A stretch of DNA of 64,000 bases. It comes from an uncultured Clostridia bacterium. Its GTDB lineage: Bacteria; Bacillota; Clostridia; UMGS1883; UMGS1540. Position 1 is the first letter of the stretch. Each line of letters starts with the position of its first letter. Of the stretch, positions 9,082 to 17,209 are shown piece after piece. The position numbers were made by a program, and so were the translations under genes. The stretch spans positions 57,970 through 121,969 of the forward strand of contig CALCLY010000025.1 of NCBI GenBank assembly GCA_937966555.1. The letters run 5' to 3'. Below the pieces are notes generated by a model that ran no database searches, was not told the origin of the DNA, and saw only the letters and a list, made by a program, of their open reading frames with translations.

Positions 9082-10374
9082 ATGTTTAGATTCAGAAAAA
9101 TGTCGAAACAAAAGAGAAAAAAATACTTAGTTACAACTTCTGTTTCGTTTCTACTTCTGGTACTCCTCTTTTTGCTTATGGCCGCATGGTCGAATTACAC
9201 CGTTACTGTGGACGATAACGGAAACGCGGTTACATTAAAGACAAAACAGAGCACTGTGGGTGAAGTTTTGGCGGAAGCCGGCATAACTCTCGGTGATTTT
9301 GACAAAGTCGAGCCCGCAAAGGGTGAGACGGTTTACAATAACATGAATATTGTAATTTCAAGAGCCGTTCTTCTTTCGGTTACGGACGGCGGTACGTCAA
9401 TAGAGTATTACAGCACGGCTAAAACCGTTGAAGGTGTTTTGAACCAAACGGGTTACACGCTCGGAGAATACGATAAGACCGTTCCGGAACTGACGGAACC
9501 CGTACAGGGCGGAACCGAGATTAAGATACTCAGAGCAAAGAAGTATACGGTTATAGACGAAAACGGTGAAAGAGAAGTTATGTCTGCGGCTCAGACCGTC
9601 GGAGAATTTGCGGTTGAAAACGGTCTTTATGACAAAGAGGGAGTAAGGCTTAACCTTAAAAACGATGTTCAGCTTAAAGAAGGAATGAAAATAAAGGTTT
9701 CCCAGGTTGAAATACGTTATGAAGATGTTACCGAGATTGTGCCTTACACTGAGGAAACCGTTCAGACGAGCTCTCTGCAAAAAGGTCAGACCAGAGTGGC
9801 GCAAAAGGGCAGAAACGGCGTCAGAGTTACAACTTATGAAGTGGAAATAAAAGACGGCGCGGAAACGGCGCGTTATGCCGTGAATACGGTTACGCAGGAA
9901 GAAGCACAGAAAAAAATTATTGAGGTTGGAACTGGTGCGGGCGGCGAGAATGCGGTTGTTAAAACATCGGCTGCTCAAAGCGCTCCCGTGCAGACAAAGC
10001 AGGCTTCAAATTCATCGGCAAACACAAGTGCTTCATCAACAGGTTTCAGTTATTCCAAAGTGCTTGTATGTACGGCAACGGGATATGATCTTTCTTACGA
10101 AAGCTGCGGAAAAAACCCCGGAGATTCGCATTACGGCATTACGGCAAGCGGAATGAAGGCTCAGCGCGGAGTTGTTGCGGTAGATCCGTCTGTTATACCG
10201 CTTGGCACAAAGCTTTATATCGAAGCTGAAGACGGTTCGTGGAGATACGGATATGCCGTTGCGGGTGACACCGGCGGAAATATCCGAGGAAACAGAATTG
10301 ACCTGTTTTTTGACAGCAGAGCGGAAGCTTTGCAGTTTGGCAGAAAGCAGGCAAGAGTATATGTTCTCAAATAA
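9082..10374 (+). CDS. YabE-like cell-wall protein with DUF348 repeats, a G5-like region and a C-terminal 3D (MltA-like) domain
   Basis: The C-terminus LVCTATGYDLSYESCGKNPGDSHYGITASGMKAQRGVVAVDPSVIPLGTKLYIE...GDTGGNIRGNRIDLFFDS matches the 3D domain. N-terminal TM helix. The start is taken at the ATG at 9082 with an AGGAG RBS, rather than the track start at 9031. Confidence 0.75.
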   Translation: MFRFRKMSKQKRKKYLVTTSVSFLLLVLLFLLMAAWSNYTVTVDDNGNAVTLKTKQSTVGEVLAEAGITLGDFDKVEPAKGETVYNNMNIVISRAVLLSVTDGGTSIEYYSTAKTVEGVLNQTGYTLGEYDKTVPELTEPVQGGTEIKILRAKKYTVIDENGEREVMSAAQTVGEFAVENGLYDKEGVRLNLKNDVQLKEGMKIKVSQVEIRYEDVTEIVPYTEETVQTSSLQKGQTRVAQKGRNGVRVTTYEVEIKDGAETARYAVNTVTQEEAQKKIIEVGTGAGGENAVVKTSAAQSAPVQTKQASNSSANTSASSTGFSYSKVLVCTATGYDLSYESCGKNPGDSHYGITASGMKAQRGVVAVDPSVIPLGTKLYIEAEDGSWRYGYAVAGDTGGNIRGNRIDLFFDSRAEALQFGRKQARVYVLK

Positions 10375-10408
10375 TAAAAAAACGCGGAATTCCGCGTTTT
10401 TTTATTAT
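10375..10408 (+). terminator. Rho-independent terminator (perfect palindrome AACGCGGAATTCCGCGTT + TTTTTTATTATTT)
   Basis: 18 bp perfect palindrome followed by a U-tract. Confidence 0.85.
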
Positions 10409-10520
10409 TTAAAGACTTATGAACGGAACTATTTGACTTTTTAAAAAAGTTGTGATATAATAACTCTAATTATAGAGTACACTTGTCGTTTGTAATTAAG
10501 CGGCGGAACGGAGAAAAAGA

Positions 10521-11819
10521 ATGTTTATTTCAAAGGCTCTCGGAATAAGCCGGGACGGTAATTTAACTGTCGGCGGAGCGGACACGGTGCTTCTTGCGGA
10601 GCATTTCGGTACGCCGCTGTACGTTATGGATGAAAATCTTATTGTTGAAAATATAAAAGCATACAAAGACAGTATTGAGCAAAGTTATGACGGGCACGGA
10701 ATGGTTTTATACGCCTCCAAGGCTTTTATGTGCAAAGAAATGGCACGTATTGCCGAGAGAGAGGGAATAGGTCTTGACATTGTTTCCGGCGGAGAACTTT
10801 ACACGGCGGATTCCGTCGGCTTTCCGCTTGAACGTGCATGCCTGCACGGAAACAACAAAGATATGTCCGAAATTGAAACGGCTTTGGAACGCGGAGTCGG
10901 CAGAATAGTTGCAGACTCTGCGGAGGAGCTTTCTATTATAAATTCACTGGCACTCTCGATGAAAAAACACCCCAAAGTGCTTTTGCGCATAAAACCCGGT
11001 GTGGAGGCGCACACGCATGAATTTATTCAGACGGGGCAAAATGACAGCAAGTTCGGCGTTTCGCTTGAAGGCGGAGAAGCGTTTGACGTTTTTGACAGAG
11101 CCAGAAAATATGACGGGATAGATCTTTGCGGCATACATTGCCACATAGGGTCGCAGATTTTTGACGAGGAGCCGTTCATATTTGCGGCACGCCTTTTGAT
11201 AAAATTTATGGCAAAGCTTAAAAATGAACTCGGAATAAAAATTACGGAACTTAACCTGGGCGGCGGTTTTGGCATTAAATACCTTTCTTCGGACAAGCCG
11301 AAGCCTTACAGAATTTATATGGACGATCTGCTTTCGGGCGTAAAGCGCGCCTGTGATGATTTCGGCGTTGAGAGACCGTTTATAATGGTTGAACCGGGCA
11401 GATCCATTGTCGGTGCCGCAGGTGCCACAATATACGAAGTGGGTGCGGTTAAAGATATTCCGGGTGTGCGCAAATATGTTTCCGTAAACGGCGGAATGAG
11501 CGACAACCCTAGATATATTCTTTACGGCGCCGAATACGAAGCGCTTTTGTGCCGCGCGCCTTATGCGGAAAAACTTGAAAAAGTTACAATTGTCGGAAAA
11601 CACTGTGAATCCGGCGATATTCTTATAAAAGACGCCAAGATGCCGCATCTTAAAAGAGGGGACATAATAGCCGTTTTGCAGACGGGAGCATATAATTACT
11701 CCATGGCAAGCAACTATAACCGCGTTACGCGTCCCGCGGCGGTTATGGTGCGCGACGGTGTCCCGAGACTTATTATAAAAAGAGAATCCTTTGAGGATTT
11801 GGTTAGGAATGATATTTAA
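10521..11819 (+). CDS. lysA: Diaminopimelate decarboxylase LysA
   Basis: 432 aa fold-III PLP decarboxylase features (FGTPLYVMDE, LYASKAF, HCHIGSQI, the GGG loop and the C-terminal CESGD motif). Confidence 0.85.
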   Translation: MFISKALGISRDGNLTVGGADTVLLAEHFGTPLYVMDENLIVENIKAYKDSIEQSYDGHGMVLYASKAFMCKEMARIAEREGIGLDIVSGGELYTADSVGFPLERACLHGNNKDMSEIETALERGVGRIVADSAEELSIINSLALSMKKHPKVLLRIKPGVEAHTHEFIQTGQNDSKFGVSLEGGEAFDVFDRARKYDGIDLCGIHCHIGSQIFDEEPFIFAARLLIKFMAKLKNELGIKITELNLGGGFGIKYLSSDKPKPYRIYMDDLLSGVKRACDDFGVERPFIMVEPGRSIVGAAGATIYEVGAVKDIPGVRKYVSVNGGMSDNPRYILYGAEYEALLCRAPYAEKLEKVTIVGKHCESGDILIKDAKMPHLKRGDIIAVLQTGAYNYSMASNYNRVTRPAAVMVRDGVPRLIIKRESFEDLVRNDI

Positions 11820-12473
11820 ATGCTTTTAAACGGTTTGGGATTGAAAGAAATTTTGCTGCGCCTGCCGATTATATTTATTGCAATTACCGTGCATGAATAT
11901 GCGCACGGCTATGCGGCGCTAAAAATGGGTGATCCGACTGCCAAATTAAGCGGCAGACTTTCCATGAATCCGCTTGCGCATATGGATATAGTGGGCGCTT
12001 TATCAATGCTCATTTTCGGTTTCGGCTGGGCAAAACCCGTGCCGATAAATCCGAATAATTTTAAAAATCACAAAAAAGGAACTGTTATTGTTTCGCTGGC
12101 AGGTCCGATTTCAAATCTTTTTCTTGCATTTTTGGGATCGGTTTTGTACGGAATTTTCAGAAGAATAGGTTTCGGCAATTTCAGTTCCCAGTTTTCAGAG
12201 ATATTTTACGGACTTTTGGCGCAGCTTATTTTGCTTAACGTATGTTTCGGCATTTTTAACCTTGTGCCGTTTCCGCCGCTTGACGGAGCGAAAATTGTCG
12301 GAGCATTTCTGCCGTATAAGACTTATTTTAAGATAATGCAGTATGAAAGATATGCATTTCCGATATTGATTGTGCTTATGTATCTCGGAATTTTTGACAA
12401 GATACTCGGCGTTTTGATAACACCGATTGTAAGCTCGCTTAATGCGCTTATTGCGCTCATTGCAGGCCTATGA
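11820..12473 (+). CDS. Site-2 protease family (peptidase M50) zinc metalloprotease, membrane
   Basis: HEYAHG zinc motif in the first TM region. 217 aa polytopic membrane protein. Starts immediately after the lysA stop. Confidence 0.7.
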   Translation: MLLNGLGLKEILLRLPIIFIAITVHEYAHGYAALKMGDPTAKLSGRLSMNPLAHMDIVGALSMLIFGFGWAKPVPINPNNFKNHKKGTVIVSLAGPISNLFLAFLGSVLYGIFRRIGFGNFSSQFSEIFYGLLAQLILLNVCFGIFNLVPFPPLDGAKIVGAFLPYKTYFKIMQYERYAFPILIVLMYLGIFDKILGVLITPIVSSLNALIALIAGL

Positions 12474-13198
12474 CGGAAAATTTGAGATTTTCTCTTGAAG
12501 TGTATGACGGGCCGCTGGACCTGCTTTTAACGCTTCTTCAGAAAAATAAACTTGACATTTTTGATATTCCGATATCGGAAATTACAGGGCAGTATATGGA
12601 GGAGCTTCGCCGCATGGCGGAAGCAGATCTTGAAATAAGCACGGAATTTCTGCTTATGGCTTCAAAGCTTTTGCTTATGAAGTCGCGTGCTCTTTTGCCC
12701 GTGGAAAAACCGGAAGAGGACGAAATGACGCCCGAGCAGCTCTCGGAAAGGCTTGCCGAGTATAAAAAAGTTAAAGAAGCGGCGCGGCTTTTGGGAGAGG
12801 TTCAGTTTTCTTCTGCGGCAAACTATTTTAAGCTTCCGGAAAAACTTCCGAAAATTCCGCCCGAAAATCCTTCTATGGAAAAGAATTCTCTGCTGCGTGC
12901 GCTTTTCGCCGTTTTGCAGAGAGTGGAAGACAGGCAGCCGCCGACGGCGGAAAATTTCAGCGGCATTGTCGGACATGAAAAGGTTTCGCTGCCGGATAAA
13001 ATAAAAGAAGTTATGTCATTTGTACGCAAAAGAAAAAAAGCTTCGTTCGGAAGCATTTTTGAAGGCTGCAAGTCGCGCGGAGAAGTTGTCACGGTGTTTC
13101 TTGCCGTGCTGCATCTTGTGTCACGCGGGCGAATCAAAATGAAAGAAACAAAAGACGATATTTTTTTTACAAAAACAGGTGAAGATGATGAAGAATAA
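12470..13198 (+). CDS. scpA: Segregation and condensation protein A
   Basis: N-terminus LEVYDGPLDLLLTLLQKNKLDIFDIPISEIT is typical of ScpA. ATGA overlap with the upstream stop. Followed by scpB. Confidence 0.85.
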   Translation: MTENLRFSLEVYDGPLDLLLTLLQKNKLDIFDIPISEITGQYMEELRRMAEADLEISTEFLLMASKLLLMKSRALLPVEKPEEDEMTPEQLSERLAEYKKVKEAARLLGEVQFSSAANYFKLPEKLPKIPPENPSMEKNSLLRALFAVLQRVEDRQPPTAENFSGIVGHEKVSLPDKIKEVMSFVRKRKKASFGSIFEGCKSRGEVVTVFLAVLHLVSRGRIKMKETKDDIFFTKTGEDDEE

Positions 13199-13733
13199 GC
13201 TTGTGCTTGCGGCGGAGGCGATTTTTTTCAGCTGTGCGGACGCGGTTTCGCTTTCTGAGCTTTCGGCGTCTTTGGGAGTTTCAAAAAATGCTGCGCTTGA
13301 TATTGCGCTGGATCTTCAGAAAGACTATGACGATGAAAAACGCGGTGTAAAGCTCATACGTCTTGAAGACGCGTTTCAGATGTGCTCGAGAGAAGATTAT
13401 TTCGGTTTTATAAGAGACGTTACCGAGCCGCGGCAGAAACAGGCTTTGTCTCCGGCGGCGCTTGAAACGCTTTCGGTGATTGCGTATAATCAGCCGGCAA
13501 CAAGAGCGAGAGTTGAATTTATACGCGGAGTGGACTGCACGGGCAGCATAGGAAGGCTTTTGGAGCGCGGACTTATTGACGAGGTCGGAAGAATGGACAC
13601 TCCGGGCAAGCCGATTTTGTACGGCACAACGGACGAGTTTCTGCGCTGTTTCGGTCTTTCCGCTTTAAGCGAATTACCGAAAATCGACGATGAACCAAAA
13701 CAGGAGAATTTTTTGGAAAAGAGCGGGGAATAA
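13179..13733 (+). CDS. scpB: Segregation and condensation protein B
   Basis: Winged-helix ScpB motifs (LETLSVIAYNQPATRARVEFIRGV; DTPGKPILYGTTDEFL). Confidence 0.85.
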   Translation: MKMMKNKLVLAAEAIFFSCADAVSLSELSASLGVSKNAALDIALDLQKDYDDEKRGVKLIRLEDAFQMCSREDYFGFIRDVTEPRQKQALSPAALETLSVIAYNQPATRARVEFIRGVDCTGSIGRLLERGLIDEVGRMDTPGKPILYGTTDEFLRCFGLSALSELPKIDDEPKQENFLEKSGE

Positions 13734-13740
13734 TAGCCTT

Positions 13741-14322
13741 ATGATTATTGCGGCTTTTATCATTTTGCTTATATGTATATTGCTTATTTTGCCCGTGAGC
13801 CTTGATTTAAAATATTTGTATCTGGGCGGCAGCGGAAGAATGACGGTTCGCGCCGGAATTTCAGCTTTGCATGTCACGGTTTTTGACAGTGCAAAGCAAG
13901 AAAAAATGAAAACGGAAGAATCGAAAAAAGATGATGAAAAAAAGAAGGAAAAGAAAGAAAAACTTGATTTCGGAAGGATGAAAAAAATTCTTTCGGAGAG
14001 TTTGAAGCTTTTGTCATATCTTTCAAAAAGACTTACCGTTGACAGGCTTAAACTGCATTTTCATATAGGGCTTGAGGATGCTGCGGCAACGGGAATTGCC
14101 ACAGGTGCCGCATGGGCTTTTTTATACGATTTTGTGTCGCTGTGCGACAATAAGCTGAAGCTTAAAAGCCACAGCGTTAATGTATGCCCCGATTTTAGAG
14201 AAGAAGTTTTTGAAACGGATATAAGGCTTGTTATAAGTATCAGAATCATTTTTGCCGTTATACTGGCTGTAAAGGCAATGAAATTATATTTAAAAATGAA
14301 GGGAGACAATAAAAATGAGTGA
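13741..14322 (+). CDS. YtfI-like membrane protein (DUF2953 type) preceding ytfJ; start taken at the ATG at 13741
   Basis: N-terminal TM helix and a lysine/glutamate-rich linker. Position immediately upstream of, and overlapping, ytfJ as in Bacillus ytfI-ytfJ. Confidence 0.5.
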   Translation: MIIAAFIILLICILLILPVSLDLKYLYLGGSGRMTVRAGISALHVTVFDSAKQEKMKTEESKKDDEKKKEKKEKLDFGRMKKILSESLKLLSYLSKRLTVDRLKLHFHIGLEDAAATGIATGAAWAFLYDFVSLCDNKLKLKSHSVNVCPDFREEVFETDIRLVISIRIIFAVILAVKAMKLYLKMKGDNKNE

Positions 14323-14725
14323 GCATCATCCTATTTCGGATTTGGTAAGTTCGGCTATGCAGAGTATACGTGAGATGGTGGACGTTAATACAATTATCGG
14401 CACACCGATTGAAACTGCAGACGGCACAACGATTATACCGATTTCCAAAGTAAGTTTCGGTTTCGGTGCCGGCGGAAGTGAGTTTGCGCCGAAAAAGTCC
14501 GAAGAAAAAGACAATCTTTTCGGCGGCGGAAGCGGAGCGGGCGTTTCGATTAACCCGGTCGGTTTCCTTGTTGTTTCCGGAGGAGACGTAAAGCTTGTTT
14601 CGGTTGAAAACGGAACCGGGGAAGGGATAGACAAGCTTTTGGGAGCTTTACCCGGCGTTGCGCAGAAAATAAGCGATTTCTTCAAAAAGAAAAAAGAAGA
14701 TAAAAGCGATGAAATCATAGATTGA
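14315..14725 (+). CDS. ytfJ: Sporulation protein YtfJ / GerW family
   Basis: 136 aa. Motifs GTPIETADGTTIIPISKVSFGFGAGGSEF and GAGVSINPVGFLVVSGGDVKLV are typical of YtfJ/GerW. Confidence 0.75.
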   Translation: MSEHHPISDLVSSAMQSIREMVDVNTIIGTPIETADGTTIIPISKVSFGFGAGGSEFAPKKSEEKDNLFGGGSGAGVSINPVGFLVVSGGDVKLVSVENGTGEGIDKLLGALPGVAQKISDFFKKKKEDKSDEIID

Positions 14726-14732
14726 TTTGCTT

Positions 14733-14775
14733 TAAAGCCGTTGGTTTGTTTTAAACAAACCAACGGCTTTTTTCA
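14733..14775. terminator. Strong hairpin terminator (AAAGCCGTTGGTTTGTTT-taa-AAACAAACCAACGGCTTT + TTTCAGG) between ytfJ and the convergent sigK gene
   Basis: 18 bp perfect inverted repeat. The U-tract is on the + strand, so it mainly serves ytfJ. Confidence 0.8.
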
Positions 14776-14806
14776 GGTTCCGGAGTTTTTTAACATCCCC
14801 TTTTTG

Positions 14807-15499
14807 CTATACTTCAAAACTCTCCCTAAGCTTTTTTAAAGCCTTTTTCTCTATTCTTGACACATATGAACGTGATATACCGAGTTCCCCGGCGATTTCG
14901 CGCTGTGTTTTTGCTTCTTTGCCGAAAAGCCCGTATCTTTTCGCGATAATTTCCGCTTCTCTTTTACAGAGCACGGTTTTTACGGCATTATAAAGTTTTT
15001 TGATTTTTGTTTTAAGTTCGATTTTTTCCGTGGCATCTTCATCGTCGGTTTTCAGAATCTCCATAAGGCTCACTTCGTTTCCTTCTTTGTCAAATCCTAT
15101 CGGGTCGTTTAAAGAAACCTCGTTTTGCAGTTTCCTGTTTGAGCGCAAAACCATTAATACTTCGTTTTCGATGCAGCGCGCGGCATATGTTGCAAGCCTT
15201 ATGTTTTTCTGCGGATTATATGTAGATATAGCCTTAATCAGACCTATTGTGCCTATGGAAATCAAATCGTCGTTTTCTATTCCCGAGCCGCAGTATTTTT
15301 TAACGACGTGAGCCACAAGGCGGAGATTGCGTTCTATGAGAATATTTTTTGCCTCTTCACTGCCTTCGCCCCACATGGCGAGATATTTTTCTTCTTCTTC
15401 CTTTGAAAGCTGAGGCGGAAAAGACGTTCCTCCGCTTACAAATGATACGAGAAAAACGTTTTCGAGAAGAAATGAAATAAAACCTATTAAAATGTTCAT
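14807..15499 (-). CDS. sigK: Sporulation sigma factor SigK (pro-sigma-K, uninterrupted)
   Basis: Pro-sequence plus regions 2 and 4 closely resemble B. subtilis SigK rather than SigE: FPPQLSKEEEEKYL, NLRLVAHVVKKY, ISIGTIGLIKAI, RLATYAARCIENEVLM, DPIGFDKEGNEVSL, KTQREIAGELGISRSYVSRIEKKAL. Confidence 0.65.
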   Translation of the reverse strand: MNILIGFISFLLENVFLVSFVSGGTSFPPQLSKEEEEKYLAMWGEGSEEAKNILIERNLRLVAHVVKKYCGSGIENDDLISIGTIGLIKAISTYNPQKNIRLATYAARCIENEVLMVLRSNRKLQNEVSLNDPIGFDKEGNEVSLMEILKTDDEDATEKIELKTKIKKLYNAVKTVLCKREAEIIAKRYGLFGKEAKTQREIAGELGISRSYVSRIEKKALKKLRESFEV

Positions 15500-15647
15500 T
15501 GCGATAATCTCCGTTTCGTTTAGGATATTAAAATATTATGAATGTAAATCGGGTTTTGTGCGTGTCCCTAAAAAGATTTGTCTTGCGAGGAAGGTGTTTT
15601 TGGGCTATAATGGGAACGAAAAAATTGTTTATAAGAGGGTGATTATT

Positions 15648-16064
15648 TTGGAATGGAAATTAAATAATGAAAAATTTACATATATATTGCGTTATTATCT
15701 GCCTGCACTTCCTCAGTACGGAGAAGAAGTGACAAAGAGCAGACTTTGCGAGCTTATTGACTTTTGCAAAGAATGTGACGTTAAAGCAGTGATGTTTTAC
15801 GTTGATTTAAACCCCTATTGGTACTATATGCCCGATACCGAGGAGCATAACAGCTACCTTGTCGGAGTTATATCCGAAGCTGCGGAAAAACTTCGTGAAA
15901 ACGGAATATCATATCAGCTTAATTATCAGAATCTTTTCGGCTCGTGGGACGGCAATTTTGACCACAGAGACATGCTTACGTGGGAGTGCTATGTTGACGA
16001 ATATAAATACGGCGTCTATGAAAAGGTTCTGATATGGGAAAAGGAAAGTATATCGCCGTTTTAA
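15648..16064 (+). CDS. Hypothetical cytoplasmic protein (~138 aa). The track ORF starts at 15492, but the likely start is the TTG at 15648 or GTG at 15639, after RBS AGAGGG
   Basis: The upstream part of the track ORF overlaps the sigK start and promoter region. Aromatic-rich sequence with no recognised family. Confidence 0.4.
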   Translation: MEWKLNNEKFTYILRYYLPALPQYGEEVTKSRLCELIDFCKECDVKAVMFYVDLNPYWYYMPDTEEHNSYLVGVISEAAEKLRENGISYQLNYQNLFGSWDGNFDHRDMLTWECYVDEYKYGVYEKVLIWEKESISPF

Positions 16065-16087
16065 CAAATTCATATTTTTTGCAGCTG

Positions 16088-16130
16088 CGAAAAACTTTAT
16101 TGAGAACTTTCCGCAGCTAATTTTTTTAAA
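16088..16130 (+). terminator. Putative terminator (GCAGCTGCG ... CGCAGCT + AATTTTTTTAAA)
   Basis: 7-9 bp stem with a long loop, followed by a T-run. Confidence 0.35.
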
Positions 16131-16203
16131 CGCTCATGTTATGAATAAATATTTATTTACATAAGAAAAAATACAGCAAATGGCAAAAAAGGTCTAAAAA
16201 CAT

Positions 16204-16231
16204 TGACGGAAAAAACATTTTGTGGTATACT
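16204..16231 (+). promoter_or_regulatory. Promoter for the GGDEF gene (TTGACG - 16 - TGgTATACT extended -10)
   Basis: Read directly from the sequence, ~45 nt upstream of the ATG. Confidence 0.45.
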
Positions 16232-16273
16232 GTAAAATACAATAAAAATTGATTGGGAGTTTTTATATTAACT

Positions 16274-17209
16274 ATGAATACCGATATGCTGAATTTAAAT
16301 GCAAAGGTATCGGAAAACGGCAAAAATATAAACATTCCGCTTTCCGAACTTCGAAAAGACATTCCGCATCTCACCGGAGGACAGATGAGAGAGCTGATGG
16401 GGTTTTTTAATAGAATGTTTGCCTTGGTCAGACTTGTAAAACCTTCAGTATGTGCGCAGTATTTATATGAAGATGGGACGCTGGAGAAAAAAGAACTTAA
16501 ATGCTACTGTAAATGGGGCAAAGACAGACGGTGCGAAAACTGCATTTCCGCTATTGCCGAGAGAAACGGTGCGTCCGAGACAAAAATAGAGTTTTTAAAC
16601 GACAGACTTTACAGTATTTCGGCGGCGCCCATGGTTGTGGACGGTGAGAATTTTGTACTGGAGCTTGCAACCTTTGTAGATTGCGGGGACGGTATTTCGG
16701 AAACCGAAAAAAATGAAATTTGGGGCGCCATAAAAAGACACGCCGGCAGACTGTATAGGGATCCTGTAACAGGTGTTTACAACAGACATTATTTTAATGA
16801 TAAGCTGAGCGGACTTAAAGGAAATTTTTCATTTGCCATGCTTGATATAGACAATTTTAAAAACATAAACGATATATACGGGCACATGGCAGGAGATGCG
16901 GCGCTTGTCGCGGCGGCACAGACGGTGAAAGAAATTATCGGAGAAAAAGGCGCGGTTATCCGTTACGGCGGAGATGAATTCTTTCTTTTGTTTAATAATG
17001 TCAAAAAAGATGAAACGGAAGAAATATTTTCGGAAATACTGAGAGCTGTAAGAAAAATCAAGCTTAAAAATTATCCCGAAATTAATTTGACCGTAAGCAT
17101 CGGCGGAGCAAGCGGACAAGGGAAAATGTCTCAGATTCTGCAAAATGCAGATTTGGCTTTATATGAAGCCAAAAATACAAAAGACACCTATAAAATATTT
17201 GCAGGATGA
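16274..17209 (+). CDS. Diguanylate cyclase (GGDEF domain) with a Cys-rich N-terminal sensory region (CYCKWGKDRRCENC)
   Basis: GGDEF domain with an intact active site (RYGGDEF), the YNRHYF motif before it and the DIDNFKNINDIYGH motif. No TM segments. Start taken at the ATG at 16274. Confidence 0.8.
   Translation: MNTDMLNLNAKVSENGKNINIPLSELRKDIPHLTGGQMRELMGFFNRMFALVRLVKPSVCAQYLYEDGTLEKKELKCYCKWGKDRRCENCISAIAERNGASETKIEFLNDRLYSISAAPMVVDGENFVLELATFVDCGDGISETEKNEIWGAIKRHAGRLYRDPVTGVYNRHYFNDKLSGLKGNFSFAMLDIDNFKNINDIYGHMAGDAALVAAAQTVKEIIGEKGAVIRYGGDEFFLLFNNVKKDETEEIFSEILRAVRKIKLKNYPEINLTVSIGGASGQGKMSQILQNADLALYEAKNTKDTYKIFAG

Noticed and set aside
10202-10444. 80 aa + strand ORF overlapping the 3' end of the 3D-domain gene and its terminator
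   Set aside because: Alternate-frame artefact. It spans the perfect terminator palindrome and has no RBS.
15492-15647. N-terminal 52 codons of the listed 190 aa ORF
   Set aside because: This segment overlaps the sigK start codon and promoter region on the other strand and has no RBS. The downstream TTG/GTG with AGAGGG is a more credible start.
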